Notes: generated by a model from the letters alone, not told the origin. Shown: positions 29,899-40,310, numbered from the stretch's first letter. The stretch is 64,000 nt of DNA from Deinococcales bacterium (GCA_043778225.1 JAYWGM010000086.1:1-64000), one strand, 5' to 3'. A program made the numbers and translations.

Positions 29899-31248
29899 AT
29901 GCAAAGATTTTTTCTTGGATTTCTGGTCTTTGGGCTACTCGGTTTAGCCTTGGCGCAAAGCAACGAAGTGACTTGGTTAAACCAAAATGTTATTCCGATA
30001 AAAACCGTTCTGGCACAAAGTGGTTTGACCGACCTCGAGCCAGTTTCGGCTTTGTTGGGCGAGGCTCGGATGGTTGGGCTGGGCGAAGCGACCCACGGCA
30101 CAAAAGAATTTTTCCAAGCCAAGCACCGCTTACTCGAGTTTCTGGTCACAAAACACGATTTTCAAGTTTTTGCAATCGAAGCCAATTGGGCAAGCAGTTT
30201 TGCCTTAAACCAATATGTGCTTGGTGGGGCTGGCAATGGCAAGGCACTTTTGCAGCAGTATGCCAAAATCATGTGGGCTTGGCGTACCCAAGAAGTGCTG
30301 GATTTAATCGAATGGATGCGACTTTATAACCAAACTGCAACTCACAAAATTACTTTTACGGGTTTTGATATGCAAGAACCAGTGCCAGCCGTAGATTGGT
30401 TGGTGGCTTGGCTCGAGCAAAACGCCCCAGACCAAGCCACTCGAAGCGACGATTTATTAGCTTGTATTCGCTTTTCTTTAGGCAATATTTTAAGTGTGGC
30501 TCGTTATACCGCCAATGGCGAAAATGGGGTGCAGCGTTGTGCGGCACAAATAGACACGGTGCGGCGAATTATTCAAAATCGGCGCACTACTTTTGAGGGC
30601 GGCGAGTACCAAACCGCTTTACAGATGGTGCGGGTTCTCGAGCAAGCCAATAGCTATTACAAAGCCCGTTTTGTCAGTCAGGATTTACTGACCGCCGTCA
30701 CCATCCGCGATACTTTTATGGCAGAAAATGCAGCTTGGCTCGAGAAAACCAGTGGGCAAAAAATCGTGCTTTGGGCGCACAATGGTCATGTCACTTTTAA
30801 CCCCAAGATGCACTTTGGCTGGAAACCAATGGGGGCGCATTTGCGCGAAAAATACAAAGATGCTTATCGTGTTTGGGGCTTTGCTTTTTTTGAAGGAAGT
30901 TTTTATGCCCAGTTGCTTGACTCGAGCGACCCAGCCCGCACGATCGTTGCCGCGATGCTTGGTTTAGCTGCTAACCCAAGTGTGCAACGTGTACCAAATC
31001 CGGGGGTCGGCAGTTTTGAGGTTTTGTTTCGCGCCACAGGGCAGCCAATTTTTATGCTCGATTTGCGTCGCTCGAGCCAAACCGAGGCTGCTTGGTTACG
31101 CCAGCCACGGCGCTTACAGATTATCGGGCAGAATTTGCCACCGTTTCGTGAACCTGAACCCGATTGGTACAGTTACGAGGCTGTGCTGCCCAACGACTTT
31201 GACGCAATTATTTATATTGATAAAACATCGCCAAGTACACCGATATAA
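29899..31248 (+). CDS. Erythromycin esterase family protein, exported
   Basis: VGLGEATHGT.EF, FAIEA, GFDMQ, RD.FMAEN, WAHNGHV, MG..L. Confidence 0.9.
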   Translation: MQRFFLGFLVFGLLGLALAQSNEVTWLNQNVIPIKTVLAQSGLTDLEPVSALLGEARMVGLGEATHGTKEFFQAKHRLLEFLVTKHDFQVFAIEANWASSFALNQYVLGGAGNGKALLQQYAKIMWAWRTQEVLDLIEWMRLYNQTATHKITFTGFDMQEPVPAVDWLVAWLEQNAPDQATRSDDLLACIRFSLGNILSVARYTANGENGVQRCAAQIDTVRRIIQNRRTTFEGGEYQTALQMVRVLEQANSYYKARFVSQDLLTAVTIRDTFMAENAAWLEKTSGQKIVLWAHNGHVTFNPKMHFGWKPMGAHLREKYKDAYRVWGFAFFEGSFYAQLLDSSDPARTIVAAMLGLAANPSVQRVPNPGVGSFEVLFRATGQPIFMLDLRRSSQTEAAWLRQPRRLQIIGQNLPPFREPEPDWYSYEAVLPNDFDAIIYIDKTSPSTPI

Positions 31249-31253
31249 AAAAG

Positions 31254-31275
31254 TCCCCGCCACTTTTGGCGGGGA
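31254..31275 (-). terminator. Intrinsic terminator
   Basis: TCCCCGCCA-CTTT-TGGCGGGGA with a U-tract on the minus strand, between convergent genes. Confidence 0.8.
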
Positions 31276-31289
31276 GGCTCGAGTCTGTT

Positions 31290-33404
31290 TTAGCGCTTAA
31301 AGAGGAAATCAAGCGGCGAGAGGCTTGGAGTTGTTAAAGCCACCGAGTTCAGGGTGACACTGCAAGATTTATTCAGTGGGGTCAGGTTGGCATCTGGGTT
31401 TGGGGCTGTTCCGGCTGCGCCACCGTTGATGGTCGCACCATTGGTGGCTGGGTTTCTGGGGAAATCGCAGACATACACTGCATTGCGGGCATCAAAGACT
31501 TGAAAGCGAAACGAGCCACTTTGTAGGGCATAAGCAAAGACGGGTTTTGAAGTGCCGTTTTGGACTCCTGTACCCGTTGGGTCGCCATCGGAGTCGAGCT
31601 TGGTAAAGTTGAGCGCCCATGGTGCGAGTCCATCAATCAGTAAAGTCCATGCCTGATTTGGTTTGGGTGGCAAACTGGCACTAATTTGTGGCACAGGCAA
31701 GGCTGGCGGTTGGACAATCGCAGGCGAACTGGGTAAGGCGGGTGGTGCATTCAAAGCTGGAACGGGCGCACCACCTGTTTGGATATTGCTATCAGCAGTA
31801 ATCGTGGCGCTACAGGATTTATTCAAGTTTTGTCTTGGCTGGTTATTGCCACGCAAGGAAAATTGGGCTTGACCACCACTTAGAACCGCGCCATTACCAA
31901 CCACGTTGGCAGGGAAAACACAAAAGTATATACCATCGTTGTTGGCAATCTGAAAATTGGGTCGTCCGCCATCGCTATAAGCAAAAGTCGTGAAGGTCAC
32001 GCCGTTCTGGACACTCGAGCCAGTTGGGTCGCCATCGGAGTCGAGCTTGGTAAAGCTGACCACCCACGGTGCAAGCCCATCAATATTGACCGACCATGTT
32101 TGCCCTGGTTTGGGCGGAAAACGGGCAATCAGGCTGCTCGGAATGGCTGGTGGCTGGACAGGTTGGGTTATACCAGCCAATTGGACACTCGAGCCAAAAG
32201 CTGCCACGCACGAGGTTTTTAAGTCAGTAAAATCATTGCCATTGCCACTTGCGTTGCGAACCGAACGCCCCGAACGCCCACCAATAAAAGCGTTTCCACT
32301 GACTTGCAGACGGTCAAAATCGCAAAAGTACGAACCCGAACGGTCGGCTGCGACCATCTGAAAACGAAACTTTTTATCAGGGGTCTGAAATGCCCATGTT
32401 TCGGTGCGGTTGCCGCTTTGGGTAGCAAAACCAGTTGGGTCGCCGTCTTGGTCTACTGTGGTAAAATTAAGCATCCATGGCGCGAGTCCATCCAAAGCCA
32501 CCGTCCAAGTTTCGTTGGGCTTGGGTGGAAAATTTGGTGCGCCAACGGGGTTGTTAGTGACTGGCTGAACTGGTTGCGGGTTGACGGGCAGGGGTGGCGG
32601 TTGAACCACACTGGTTGGGTTGGGATTGACAGGAGCCACGATTGGTGCAGTAAAACCTGTACCAAGTTGGGTTGTCCAAGGTTCGCCAAAACCACGAACA
32701 TTTTGTTGAATCATCGGTATACCAAGCACCAAGGGTCTGCCCAAGGGCTGGCGGGTGTTGTTGTTGCCAGACACACCTGCACTGTGAACCGCCACCAATT
32801 CGCCGCGCAAGTTGTAAATCCCACCGCCAGAGCCACCCGGTCCAGACAAGGCATCGTGTTTCATCAGGTTGCGGTTCTCGAGAAAACCATTGACGCTGCC
32901 ACTCGAGACCGTGATGGTTTCAGAAGTGCCATTGATGTCTGGGAAACCAAAGTTAAAAATCCGCTCGCCAATTCGTACCGCATTGGAATCGCCCAGTGGT
33001 ACAGCTGGAAAACGTGTGCCACTTGGCACTGGATTACCGCGCAAATCGGTTGAGACCTGAACAATCGCCAAATCCACATTAGGTAAACGAGCAATCACCC
33101 GCCCGATGTAACGTGGCTCTGGTGCTTGGTCTTCATTTTTCATCATCGAGATTCGCAGCACTGGACAAAGCTGATTGTTGTCTTCGTTGATGACGACATG
33201 ATTGTTGGTCAGGATAATCCCTTCGCGCCCAATAAAACTGCCCGAGCCTTGCCACAAACCTTTGCCAGCCGCATCAAAACAAACAAATTGGACCGAGGCT
33301 TTAATGATCGCATCAAAATACTCCGGTGATAAATTCTGAGCCTGAGCGGTTGTCCCCAACACCGCAACTGCACCCAAGACGACTTTCGACAACCATCCCC
33401 TCAT
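31290..33404 (-). CDS. Secreted trypsin-like (S1) serine protease with three C-terminal repeat domains
   Basis: Signal peptide; GSGS, ILTNNHVV, DLAI, GFP, PGGSGG; three PPKP..W...DGLAPW...F...D.DGDPTG repeats. Confidence 0.85.
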   Translation of the reverse strand: MRGWLSKVVLGAVAVLGTTAQAQNLSPEYFDAIIKASVQFVCFDAAGKGLWQGSGSFIGREGIILTNNHVVINEDNNQLCPVLRISMMKNEDQAPEPRYIGRVIARLPNVDLAIVQVSTDLRGNPVPSGTRFPAVPLGDSNAVRIGERIFNFGFPDINGTSETITVSSGSVNGFLENRNLMKHDALSGPGGSGGGIYNLRGELVAVHSAGVSGNNNTRQPLGRPLVLGIPMIQQNVRGFGEPWTTQLGTGFTAPIVAPVNPNPTSVVQPPPLPVNPQPVQPVTNNPVGAPNFPPKPNETWTVALDGLAPWMLNFTTVDQDGDPTGFATQSGNRTETWAFQTPDKKFRFQMVAADRSGSYFCDFDRLQVSGNAFIGGRSGRSVRNASGNGNDFTDLKTSCVAAFGSSVQLAGITQPVQPPAIPSSLIARFPPKPGQTWSVNIDGLAPWVVSFTKLDSDGDPTGSSVQNGVTFTTFAYSDGGRPNFQIANNDGIYFCVFPANVVGNGAVLSGGQAQFSLRGNNQPRQNLNKSCSATITADSNIQTGGAPVPALNAPPALPSSPAIVQPPALPVPQISASLPPKPNQAWTLLIDGLAPWALNFTKLDSDGDPTGTGVQNGTSKPVFAYALQSGSFRFQVFDARNAVYVCDFPRNPATNGATINGGAAGTAPNPDANLTPLNKSCSVTLNSVALTTPSLSPLDFLFKR

Positions 33405-33527
33405 AGATAACCTCCGTTGTGAATCTTATTGTAAACCCAAAACCTGTTTTTGACCTTGAATAAACCTTCATACTCGAGGACAGTCTAAAAAACGGGTGTT
33501 ACAGTTGGCGCAACAAAATTTTTAGAG

Positions 33528-33601
33528 GGCAGGACAGACATATTTTACAGGCAGGACAGACATATTTTACAGGCAGGACAGACACGGGGGTCTGTCCCTA
33601 C
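33528..33601. repeat. 22-bp tandem repeat ending in a GTAG-REP
   Basis: GGCAGGACAGACATATTTTACA x2, then GGACAGACACGGGGGTCTGTCCCTAC (24/26 identical to 27060-27085). Confidence 0.85.
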
Positions 33602-33623
33602 AGGCGAATGACCTGGAAGCCAT

Positions 33624-34826
33624 TCACAGGCGAATGACCTCGAGCCAGTCGCCAATGGCTCGAGCTTCATCAGGCGGGACAATTGCTAGGGCGTTGCTTT
33701 GTACCAAACTGCGTAGCACTTGCGAACTCTGGTTAGAGAAAGCCGAGACGCTGTAATGCTCACCAGTCCAAGTCAGGTTGGCTCGCCACAAGCCTTGTTT
33801 TGCCCCCGCGCTCTTAAAGGCGCTGCTGGCTTTGGCACGAACCGTTTCGTAGGCTGGCTCGAGAATGCCTAGCTGGATAAAAAGTGCGGCTTTAACCACG
33901 ACATCAAAAACTACCAGACTCGAGACTGGATTGCCTGGCAAACCAAAGACGGGAATGCCCTGTAAATGCCCCAGAATCGGCGGTCCGCCGGGTTTAACCC
34001 GAATTCGCCAAAAGTCAATTGTGCCTTGGGTCTCGAGCAGTTTTCGCACAAAATCGCGTTCTCCCATCGAAACCCCGCCAATCGTTAAGACCAAATGGGC
34101 TGCACCAGCCGCCAGAATTGCACTTTTGGTGTTCTCGAGGTCGTCTGGGACTTTGGGCAATAAAATCGGCTCTGCCCCCATTTCGAGCAATTCGGCAGCT
34201 AAACCATAACTGTTGGCGTTGTACACTGCGCCTTCTGGTAAAGGCTGACCGGGTTCGATAATCTCGTCACCAGTGCTTAAAATAGCAATTTTTGGGCGCT
34301 CGAGAACGGGCAGGGTGGCATAACCCATGGCAGCTGCCAATGCCAGACTCGAGCCGTTGAGGCGTGTACCTTTGGGCAAGTATATTGTGCCAGTCTCGAG
34401 GTCTTGCCCCTTCAATCTAATTTCTGGTACGGCTGGTTGGTGCAGCAGCACAAAATCACCGTCTCGGGTGGTGTGTTCGACCATCGCAATACCCGTCGCG
34501 CCCAATGGGACAGCCCCACCTGTAAAGACCTTGACGGCTTGCCCAGACTCGAGCGACTGCCCAAAGGCTTTTGCCCCCGCCGCAACTTCGCCCACGAGCC
34601 GCAAACGCACAGGGGTTTTTGGGGTGGCGCTCAAGGTTTCCTCGAGTTGTACTGCATAGCCATCCAAAGCACTGTCATTGGTGTTGGGATGGTCTACCAA
34701 GCTGCTTAAATCGGCTGCCAGCACCCGATTGCTTGCCTCGAGCAGAGGCACATTCTCGAGTTTAAGAGTTGGCAAGGCAGCCACAAGGGCAGCCACTGCT
34801 TCGGGGATCGTCAGGTCAGTTCGCAT
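33624..34826 (-). CDS. moeA: Molybdopterin molybdenumtransferase
   Basis: SALDGYA, TG..VP.GA, STGDE, GGVSMG..D, KPG.P, GLPGNPVS. Confidence 0.95.
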   Translation of the reverse strand: MRTDLTIPEAVAALVAALPTLKLENVPLLEASNRVLAADLSSLVDHPNTNDSALDGYAVQLEETLSATPKTPVRLRLVGEVAAGAKAFGQSLESGQAVKVFTGGAVPLGATGIAMVEHTTRDGDFVLLHQPAVPEIRLKGQDLETGTIYLPKGTRLNGSSLALAAAMGYATLPVLERPKIAILSTGDEIIEPGQPLPEGAVYNANSYGLAAELLEMGAEPILLPKVPDDLENTKSAILAAGAAHLVLTIGGVSMGERDFVRKLLETQGTIDFWRIRVKPGGPPILGHLQGIPVFGLPGNPVSSLVVFDVVVKAALFIQLGILEPAYETVRAKASSAFKSAGAKQGLWRANLTWTGEHYSVSAFSNQSSQVLRSLVQSNALAIVPPDEARAIGDWLEVIRL

Positions 34827-34961
34827 ATGGCACAGTCTACTGGGTTTCAGGTGTGCTTCAAGATTTGACCTAAGGCAGTAGCATAAAACTAAGTTGACTA
34901 GGGATATGCTTGTGTCTCAAGTTTGCATCCACTCAAGCAACAATTTAGAATGACACTGGCT

Positions 34962-35807
34962 ATGAATCAACTTCTACCCCCAGAACTCGAGCCAAAACGC
35001 GCTGCCCGACTCGAATTCAATTTGCTGTTTGGTTTTGCCACCCTTGGGCTGTTGTTGTTTGCGGCGCTGCTGGGCTTAATCTGGACTCCACACAGCCCAA
35101 CTTTTCAGAATTTTGCAGTCCAACTCCAAGCCCCTAGCTTAACTTATCCACTTGGCACAGATAACTTTGGGCGCGATACCTTATCCAGACTGCTGCGTGG
35201 CTCGAGTACCAGTGTGCTGGTTGGCTTAATCAGCGTTGGCATTGGCTCGAGCCTCGGCTTGTTGCTGGGTATGATTTCTGGTTGGCTTGGTGGGCTTGTG
35301 GACGACCTCATCATGCGGGTTTTGGATGCGCTCTCGGCATTCCCGACAATTTTACTGGCGCTTTTAATTGCGGTTATTTTGCGCCCGAACATTTGGAGTG
35401 CAATGCTGGCGGTTGGCATCTCGAGCATTCCGACGTTTGCTCGTTTAACACGGGCTGGGGTCATCGCCACCAAAAACCTAGATTTTATTGATGGCGCAAG
35501 GGCATTGGGCGCTCGAGATATGCGGCTGATGTTTCGGCATATCCTGCCCAATATCGCTTCAGCTTTGATTGTGCAAGCCACTTTTGCTTTTGGGATTGCG
35601 ATTTTGGCAGAGGCAGCACTGTCCTATTTGGGATTAGGCACACAACCACCCGCCCCAAGTTGGGGTGTGATGCTGCGCGATGCCCAAACTTTTATTTATC
35701 AAAGCGCTTGGGCAACAATTTTTCCGGGTGTAACGATTGCGATTACGGTACTGGGCTTAAATTTACTGGGCGATGGTCTGCGCGACCGCCTTGACCCACG
35801 GCGCTAA
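34962..35807 (+). CDS. Peptide/nickel ABC transporter permease (DppC/OppC-like), orphan
   Basis: PLGTDNFGRD, A.ALGA...R.MFRHILPN, EAALSYLGLG, SWG.ML, GDGLRD.LDPR. Confidence 0.9.
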   Translation: MNQLLPPELEPKRAARLEFNLLFGFATLGLLLFAALLGLIWTPHSPTFQNFAVQLQAPSLTYPLGTDNFGRDTLSRLLRGSSTSVLVGLISVGIGSSLGLLLGMISGWLGGLVDDLIMRVLDALSAFPTILLALLIAVILRPNIWSAMLAVGISSIPTFARLTRAGVIATKNLDFIDGARALGARDMRLMFRHILPNIASALIVQATFAFGIAILAEAALSYLGLGTQPPAPSWGVMLRDAQTFIYQSAWATIFPGVTIAITVLGLNLLGDGLRDRLDPRR

Positions 35808-37147
35808 AATGGTGGTTTGGCGGTGAGCAATGCCACCGCTAAAGTTGCCATTGCACTCGTCAGCACAGCAATTGTTGCTTTTGGCAGCCAAGCCACCCGC
35901 ATGACCTCGAGTTTTTCCATGGTTGCCACACTGCGACCAAATAAAGCTCCTGCATAGGTAAAGCCCAACCATGCAACCATACCAAATAGCACGTGCCAGA
36001 CAATTGTCTCGAGATTGATTCTGGGGTAGACAAAAAGTTGTGAAGTTCCAATCAACACCACACCAATTGCCAGTGCGCCACTCGAGAATGCACTTTTTAT
36101 TGTCCAAGTGCCACTTTTTTGCCAATATGCAATCAGGTCAAGCGCCAACAGGATACCAATGGCTATGGTGTGGGCGCGTAGGGTCATGCCAAGGTCAGTA
36201 CCACCAACCACCAACAAAGCAGCCGTGCGTTGCAGCAGCAAGAACCCACCAACCAGCATGGCTACACCAATCCGCTTGGTGGCATTTTGCACAAATGCAC
36301 CAATAAAACCAGTCACAGACAAAATTGCAGCAATAAATAACGATTCTGGGCGTTGCCAAAAAAGTTTTTCGGGGTCGCGCATCGCATACTCTAGGGCAGT
36401 CACATTTTCCCATTCGGTTGTGCCAAATTGCAATAAAAACATCAGTGCCGAACCACACAGCCAAAGGGTCAGCCATTCATTGAGTGACATATTTTGCAAT
36501 CCACGCCAGACTCGAGAAACTTGACTCGAGAGTGCCAGGGTCGCGCCACATAAAATCACACCAACAAAGCCCAGCATTAAGGTGATATGCGGTAAGCTCC
36601 AAGCGGTGATGTCCAAACCATAAATTTGATGCCAAAGTAAGTCTGAAGGAGCGCTAAACAGCAAAAATAGACTGACCGATGCCAGCAATGCCACCAGCGG
36701 TTCGCTTCTGGCTCGAGACCGAAAACCACCTTGTCCAGTCAGCACCAAATAGAGAATGCCAGCACTGGCAAGCAGCGAACAGATTGCAAAGCTCGAGTAC
36801 ATCATGATGTGCGGCATCCACAAAAAATCATTGCCCGTGCCATAACGTCTGTGCCAGGCTTCATCCCAAGTGGTCGAAAAGGTCATCAGTGTACCAGAGG
36901 TGAGCACTGCCACAGCCCCAAGGTGACGCAGCAGTGCATTGGGTTTACTTGGTACAGCATTTTTAATCGGTGTGACCAAAAGCCAGTATAAAAAACCAGT
37001 GAAGCCTAAAATTAAACCAATTAAAACCGCCACACCCAGCACAAAGGTGAGTCCTGGTGTGGCAGTCCCGCCCCAACGCACGATATTCACCAGAACCAGA
37101 AAAGCCCCAATTGAGACCCCGATTCGTTGCGATTTTGTCCAGGTCAT
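35804..37147 (-). CDS. Hypothetical polytopic membrane protein with two D..WH...PH motifs
   Basis: Many hydrophobic segments; DEAWH-x13-H and DLLWH-x13-H. Confidence 0.7.
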   Translation of the reverse strand: MTWTKSQRIGVSIGAFLVLVNIVRWGGTATPGLTFVLGVAVLIGLILGFTGFLYWLLVTPIKNAVPSKPNALLRHLGAVAVLTSGTLMTFSTTWDEAWHRRYGTGNDFLWMPHIMMYSSFAICSLLASAGILYLVLTGQGGFRSRARSEPLVALLASVSLFLLFSAPSDLLWHQIYGLDITAWSLPHITLMLGFVGVILCGATLALSSQVSRVWRGLQNMSLNEWLTLWLCGSALMFLLQFGTTEWENVTALEYAMRDPEKLFWQRPESLFIAAILSVTGFIGAFVQNATKRIGVAMLVGGFLLLQRTAALLVVGGTDLGMTLRAHTIAIGILLALDLIAYWQKSGTWTIKSAFSSGALAIGVVLIGTSQLFVYPRINLETIVWHVLFGMVAWLGFTYAGALFGRSVATMEKLEVMRVAWLPKATIAVLTSAMATLAVALLTAKPPF

Positions 37148-37278
37148 GTGGTTTAGTGTACACAGTTTTGAATGGGCTTATACTGTCTTTGGAGTCTTCT
37201 GTGTCTTTTTGTACCCAATTAAATTACCAATTTGCTTGTGCTACCAGATAAAGTCTTTCCTTGTTAAACTCTATACTG

Positions 37279-37746
37279 ATGCTCGAGAAATTACGCTTAC
37301 TGTTGGTCGAACAAAAAATCGTGCTGCGCCTCGAGAACCCAGAACGTGGCGCGAAAGTCACCATCGGTTTGCGGCAATTGCAAATAGCAATGTTTATTTC
37401 GCAATGGCTGATTTTTGGGCTGCTGATTTTAATTTTGGCTCGAGATACGCCGCGAGTTGTGGCTGTTTCGGGTTGGTTTTTTGCCATTGCCATACCTTTG
37501 CCTATTTTTGTAGCCGTTTTTTCAGAACTGGCTTTTCGAGAAGAACCGAGTTTTACTGCCCTTTTGCGCCTTTGTATCCAGACGGCTGTCTCGAGTTCGA
37601 TTCCCGCAATGTTAGCCGCGCTGGCTTGGCTCTTTGAAGGCTTGACGCTTGGTGTGGCTGGATTATTTGGCTCAAGCCTGATTGCCTTTGTGGTCTGTTG
37701 GGTGCGTCTTGAATTACTGGCTGGGCTTGTGCCACAAATTAAATAG
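37279..37746 (+). CDS. Hypothetical membrane protein
   Basis: About 4 hydrophobic segments; host-like CTCGAG usage. Confidence 0.6.
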   Translation: MLEKLRLLLVEQKIVLRLENPERGAKVTIGLRQLQIAMFISQWLIFGLLILILARDTPRVVAVSGWFFAIAIPLPIFVAVFSELAFREEPSFTALLRLCIQTAVSSSIPAMLAALAWLFEGLTLGVAGLFGSSLIAFVVCWVRLELLAGLVPQIK

Positions 37747-37776
37747 AACCAAACACTGTGCTACAATGAGCCTTCG

Positions 37777-38316
37777 ATGGCAGTCAAACGAGAAATCATC
37801 ATCACCACAGGGCTTTTAGCGATACTTGGCGGGGCGAGCTTTCTGGGTTTGCGCCCCAACGAAATCCCAGCCGCCCAAAACGCGCTCGAGCGCTTACCAA
37901 TTCGTGTCGCGGTGGCTGGCGAAATCAATAAGCCCGGTGTGTACCAGTTGCCATGGGGCGCTCGTACTGAGGCTGCGATTGCGGCGGCTGGGGGCATCAG
38001 CAAAAATGCCGAAATGAGTTTGGTTAATCCAGCCCAAATCCTGACCGATGGCGACCAAGTGCGAATTCCAAGTAAAGAAGTTTCGAGCAGTCCAACCTCG
38101 AACAGCACAACCCCAAATCAAGCCAGCGCATCTGGTGAACGAATCAACCTCAACAGTGCTACGCCAGCCCAAATCGAGAGCTTACCGGGGGTTGGACCAA
38201 AAATGGCAGAACGGATTCTCAAAGCCCGTCCCTTCTCGAGTCTTAAAGATTTGGATGCGGTCAAAGGCATTGGACCAAGTATGCTCAAAAAACTCGAGCC
38301 TCTGGTCAGATTTTAG
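37777..38316 (+). CDS. comEA: ComEA DNA-binding competence protein
   Basis: SLBB (VAGEINKPGVY..AAGG) plus HhH (INLNSAT, LPGVGP, VKGIGP). Confidence 0.92.
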   Translation: MAVKREIIITTGLLAILGGASFLGLRPNEIPAAQNALERLPIRVAVAGEINKPGVYQLPWGARTEAAIAAAGGISKNAEMSLVNPAQILTDGDQVRIPSKEVSSSPTSNSTTPNQASASGERINLNSATPAQIESLPGVGPKMAERILKARPFSSLKDLDAVKGIGPSMLKKLEPLVRF

Positions 38317-38372
38317 TTAAGAAAATTCATCTTGAGAATGTAAAGTGCTTACCGATAGACCCTTGGAGACTT

Positions 38373-40307
38373 ATGAGCGAACCAGCCACCAATCCAGAAC
38401 AAGAAATTTCGTTGCGCGATGTGTATTTAATCCTGAAACGCAATACAGGCATTATTTTGCTTATCCCTGTTGTTTTTGCCGTTTTGGCAGCCCTCTATGC
38501 TTTTTTTATTGCCGACCCAGTTTATAAATCCGAAGCTAACTTAACCATTCAAACCACTGCAATTCAGTCCAGAATCGAAACCAGTATCGAGACCACTTCG
38601 GTTGCGGCGTTTACAAGCGATCAAATCGAAACGGTTGCAACCTCGAGACCAATTCTTGATAAGTTAATCGAACAAATTCGCACTTCGGACAATGCCCCAA
38701 CCAGTTGGCGAGTTGAGCGCTTTGATGCAGGTTCGCTTGATAAAAACCTAAAAGTGAAATTTCCCAAACCAAACGCTCGAGGTACGACCGATGCCTCCTT
38801 AGTGACACTCGAAGTCAGTGCGCCAGATGCAAGATTGGCGGCTGAAGTTGCTAATGCTTGGGCGCGGGAAACCAACACAGCCCTCAATTTACTGCCCCAA
38901 GAACGGGTCAAAGATTCAATCAATACCCTTCAAGGCGAGGTGACTCGAGCCAGCACTGCCTTGAGTGAAGCCGAGAAAAATTATCAGACCTTTACTGAAG
39001 CCAGCAACTTGACCTTAAACCAAGCCGAAGTGGGCAGTGCTACCAATGAACGCGCCAGCTTAGACCCTCTTATTGCACAAGCCCAACAGTCTTTAATTCA
39101 AACTCGAGCCGAACTTACCCAACGCAATAAAGACTTAGCTGTGGCTGCCAGTACTGTTGGTGTAACCGCCGATAACACCCAAGCCTTAGGGGTGGTTGCT
39201 AATGGTCAAACTTTAGGTCAAGTCAAGCGCACCCTTAACCTCCAAGTTATAGCGGCTCAAAAGCGAATGCTGCTTGCAAACGAAGCCCTGCGCCAATTTA
39301 ATGCAACCAACGACGCGACACTTTTACGTGGACGAATTGGTCAGAACGAGTCCCGTATGGTTGAAATCAATGCTAAAATACAGTCTTTTGAATCAAGTCT
39401 AAAAACCTTGAATGCCCGTTTGCAACAAGCCCGTACCGAAATTAAGCAACAGCCCGAACTGCTGACCCTCGAGCGAGAATTGCTCAGTGACCCCGTGATT
39501 GGGGCAGCAATACAGACTCGAGACCCACGCTTAAATGATTTGGTCGGCTTAAAGTTACAAAATCAAGAGGTTAATCCAATTTACCGAGAACTGCTGCAAA
39601 GTATTATTGCAGTGCAAGGCGACATTCGTACTTTAACGGCGGAACGCGAGGGGATTCGTCAAGAACAAAAAACCCGCAATGTCCAACTCGAGATAGACCG
39701 TCGGCGCTTGGCTGCCTTAAATAAATTGGCTGAGCCAATTGCACTCGAGGCTCGTTCGGCACAGAGCGCTTTTGAAAATGCTCGGGCGCAAGCCAGCCGC
39801 CTTGATGGAATCGCGGATTCACAACTTAATGGAATTTCGGTGGAGAACACCAACCCTGAATATCAGCGCCTTCGTACCTTGGTCAATGACTTGAGTTCCA
39901 ACGAAACACGAATCAATGTGACCCTACAAGGTTATCAAACTCGAGCCAAACAACTTGACGTGCGAATTAATGAATTAAAACGTAGGGTTGCCACTGATAG
40001 TGTGACTTCTGCCCGAATTGGACAACAACTCGAGTTAGCACGGGCGCAATTTAAGACCTTGAGCCAAAAAGTGGTGGACTTAAAAATCGAACAAGCCTCG
40101 AGTAAATCCTTGGCTCAGGTACTCGTACCCGCTTTTGCCCCAACTCGTCCAGCTTCGGCTCGTTCCACGGTAATTTTACTGGCAATTGTGGCTGGTTTAT
40201 TGATTGGTCTGATTATTCCGTTTATTCTTGAGGCACTGCGTGACCCAAATGCACCTTTGCGAATCTCGAGGCGTACTATAAGCCCAGCTTTAGCCGCCGA
40301 GGACTAA
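38373..40307 (+). CDS. Wzz/GumC-type polysaccharide chain-length determinant with long coiled coil
   Basis: EISLRD..ILKR, TM, P.Y.S.A; coiled coil; Pro-rich segment plus C-terminal TM. Confidence 0.8.
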   Translation: MSEPATNPEQEISLRDVYLILKRNTGIILLIPVVFAVLAALYAFFIADPVYKSEANLTIQTTAIQSRIETSIETTSVAAFTSDQIETVATSRPILDKLIEQIRTSDNAPTSWRVERFDAGSLDKNLKVKFPKPNARGTTDASLVTLEVSAPDARLAAEVANAWARETNTALNLLPQERVKDSINTLQGEVTRASTALSEAEKNYQTFTEASNLTLNQAEVGSATNERASLDPLIAQAQQSLIQTRAELTQRNKDLAVAASTVGVTADNTQALGVVANGQTLGQVKRTLNLQVIAAQKRMLLANEALRQFNATNDATLLRGRIGQNESRMVEINAKIQSFESSLKTLNARLQQARTEIKQQPELLTLERELLSDPVIGAAIQTRDPRLNDLVGLKLQNQEVNPIYRELLQSIIAVQGDIRTLTAEREGIRQEQKTRNVQLEIDRRRLAALNKLAEPIALEARSAQSAFENARAQASRLDGIADSQLNGISVENTNPEYQRLRTLVNDLSSNETRINVTLQGYQTRAKQLDVRINELKRRVATDSVTSARIGQQLELARAQFKTLSQKVVDLKIEQASSKSLAQVLVPAFAPTRPASARSTVILLAIVAGLLIGLIIPFILEALRDPNAPLRISRRTISPALAAED

Positions 40308-40310
40308 GCG

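Noticed and set aside
29899..31248. Bona fide macrolide resistance gene
   Set aside because: Family motifs only. The signal peptide and chromosomal context fit the broad uncharacterised Ere-like family.
32304..33053. Long antisense ORFs (also 36939-37637, 27951-28559, 55903-56472)
   Set aside because: Shadows of well-supported genes, with no motifs or start signals.
33528..33601. CRISPR mini-array
   Set aside because: Contiguous 22-bp units derived from a REP arm; no spacers.
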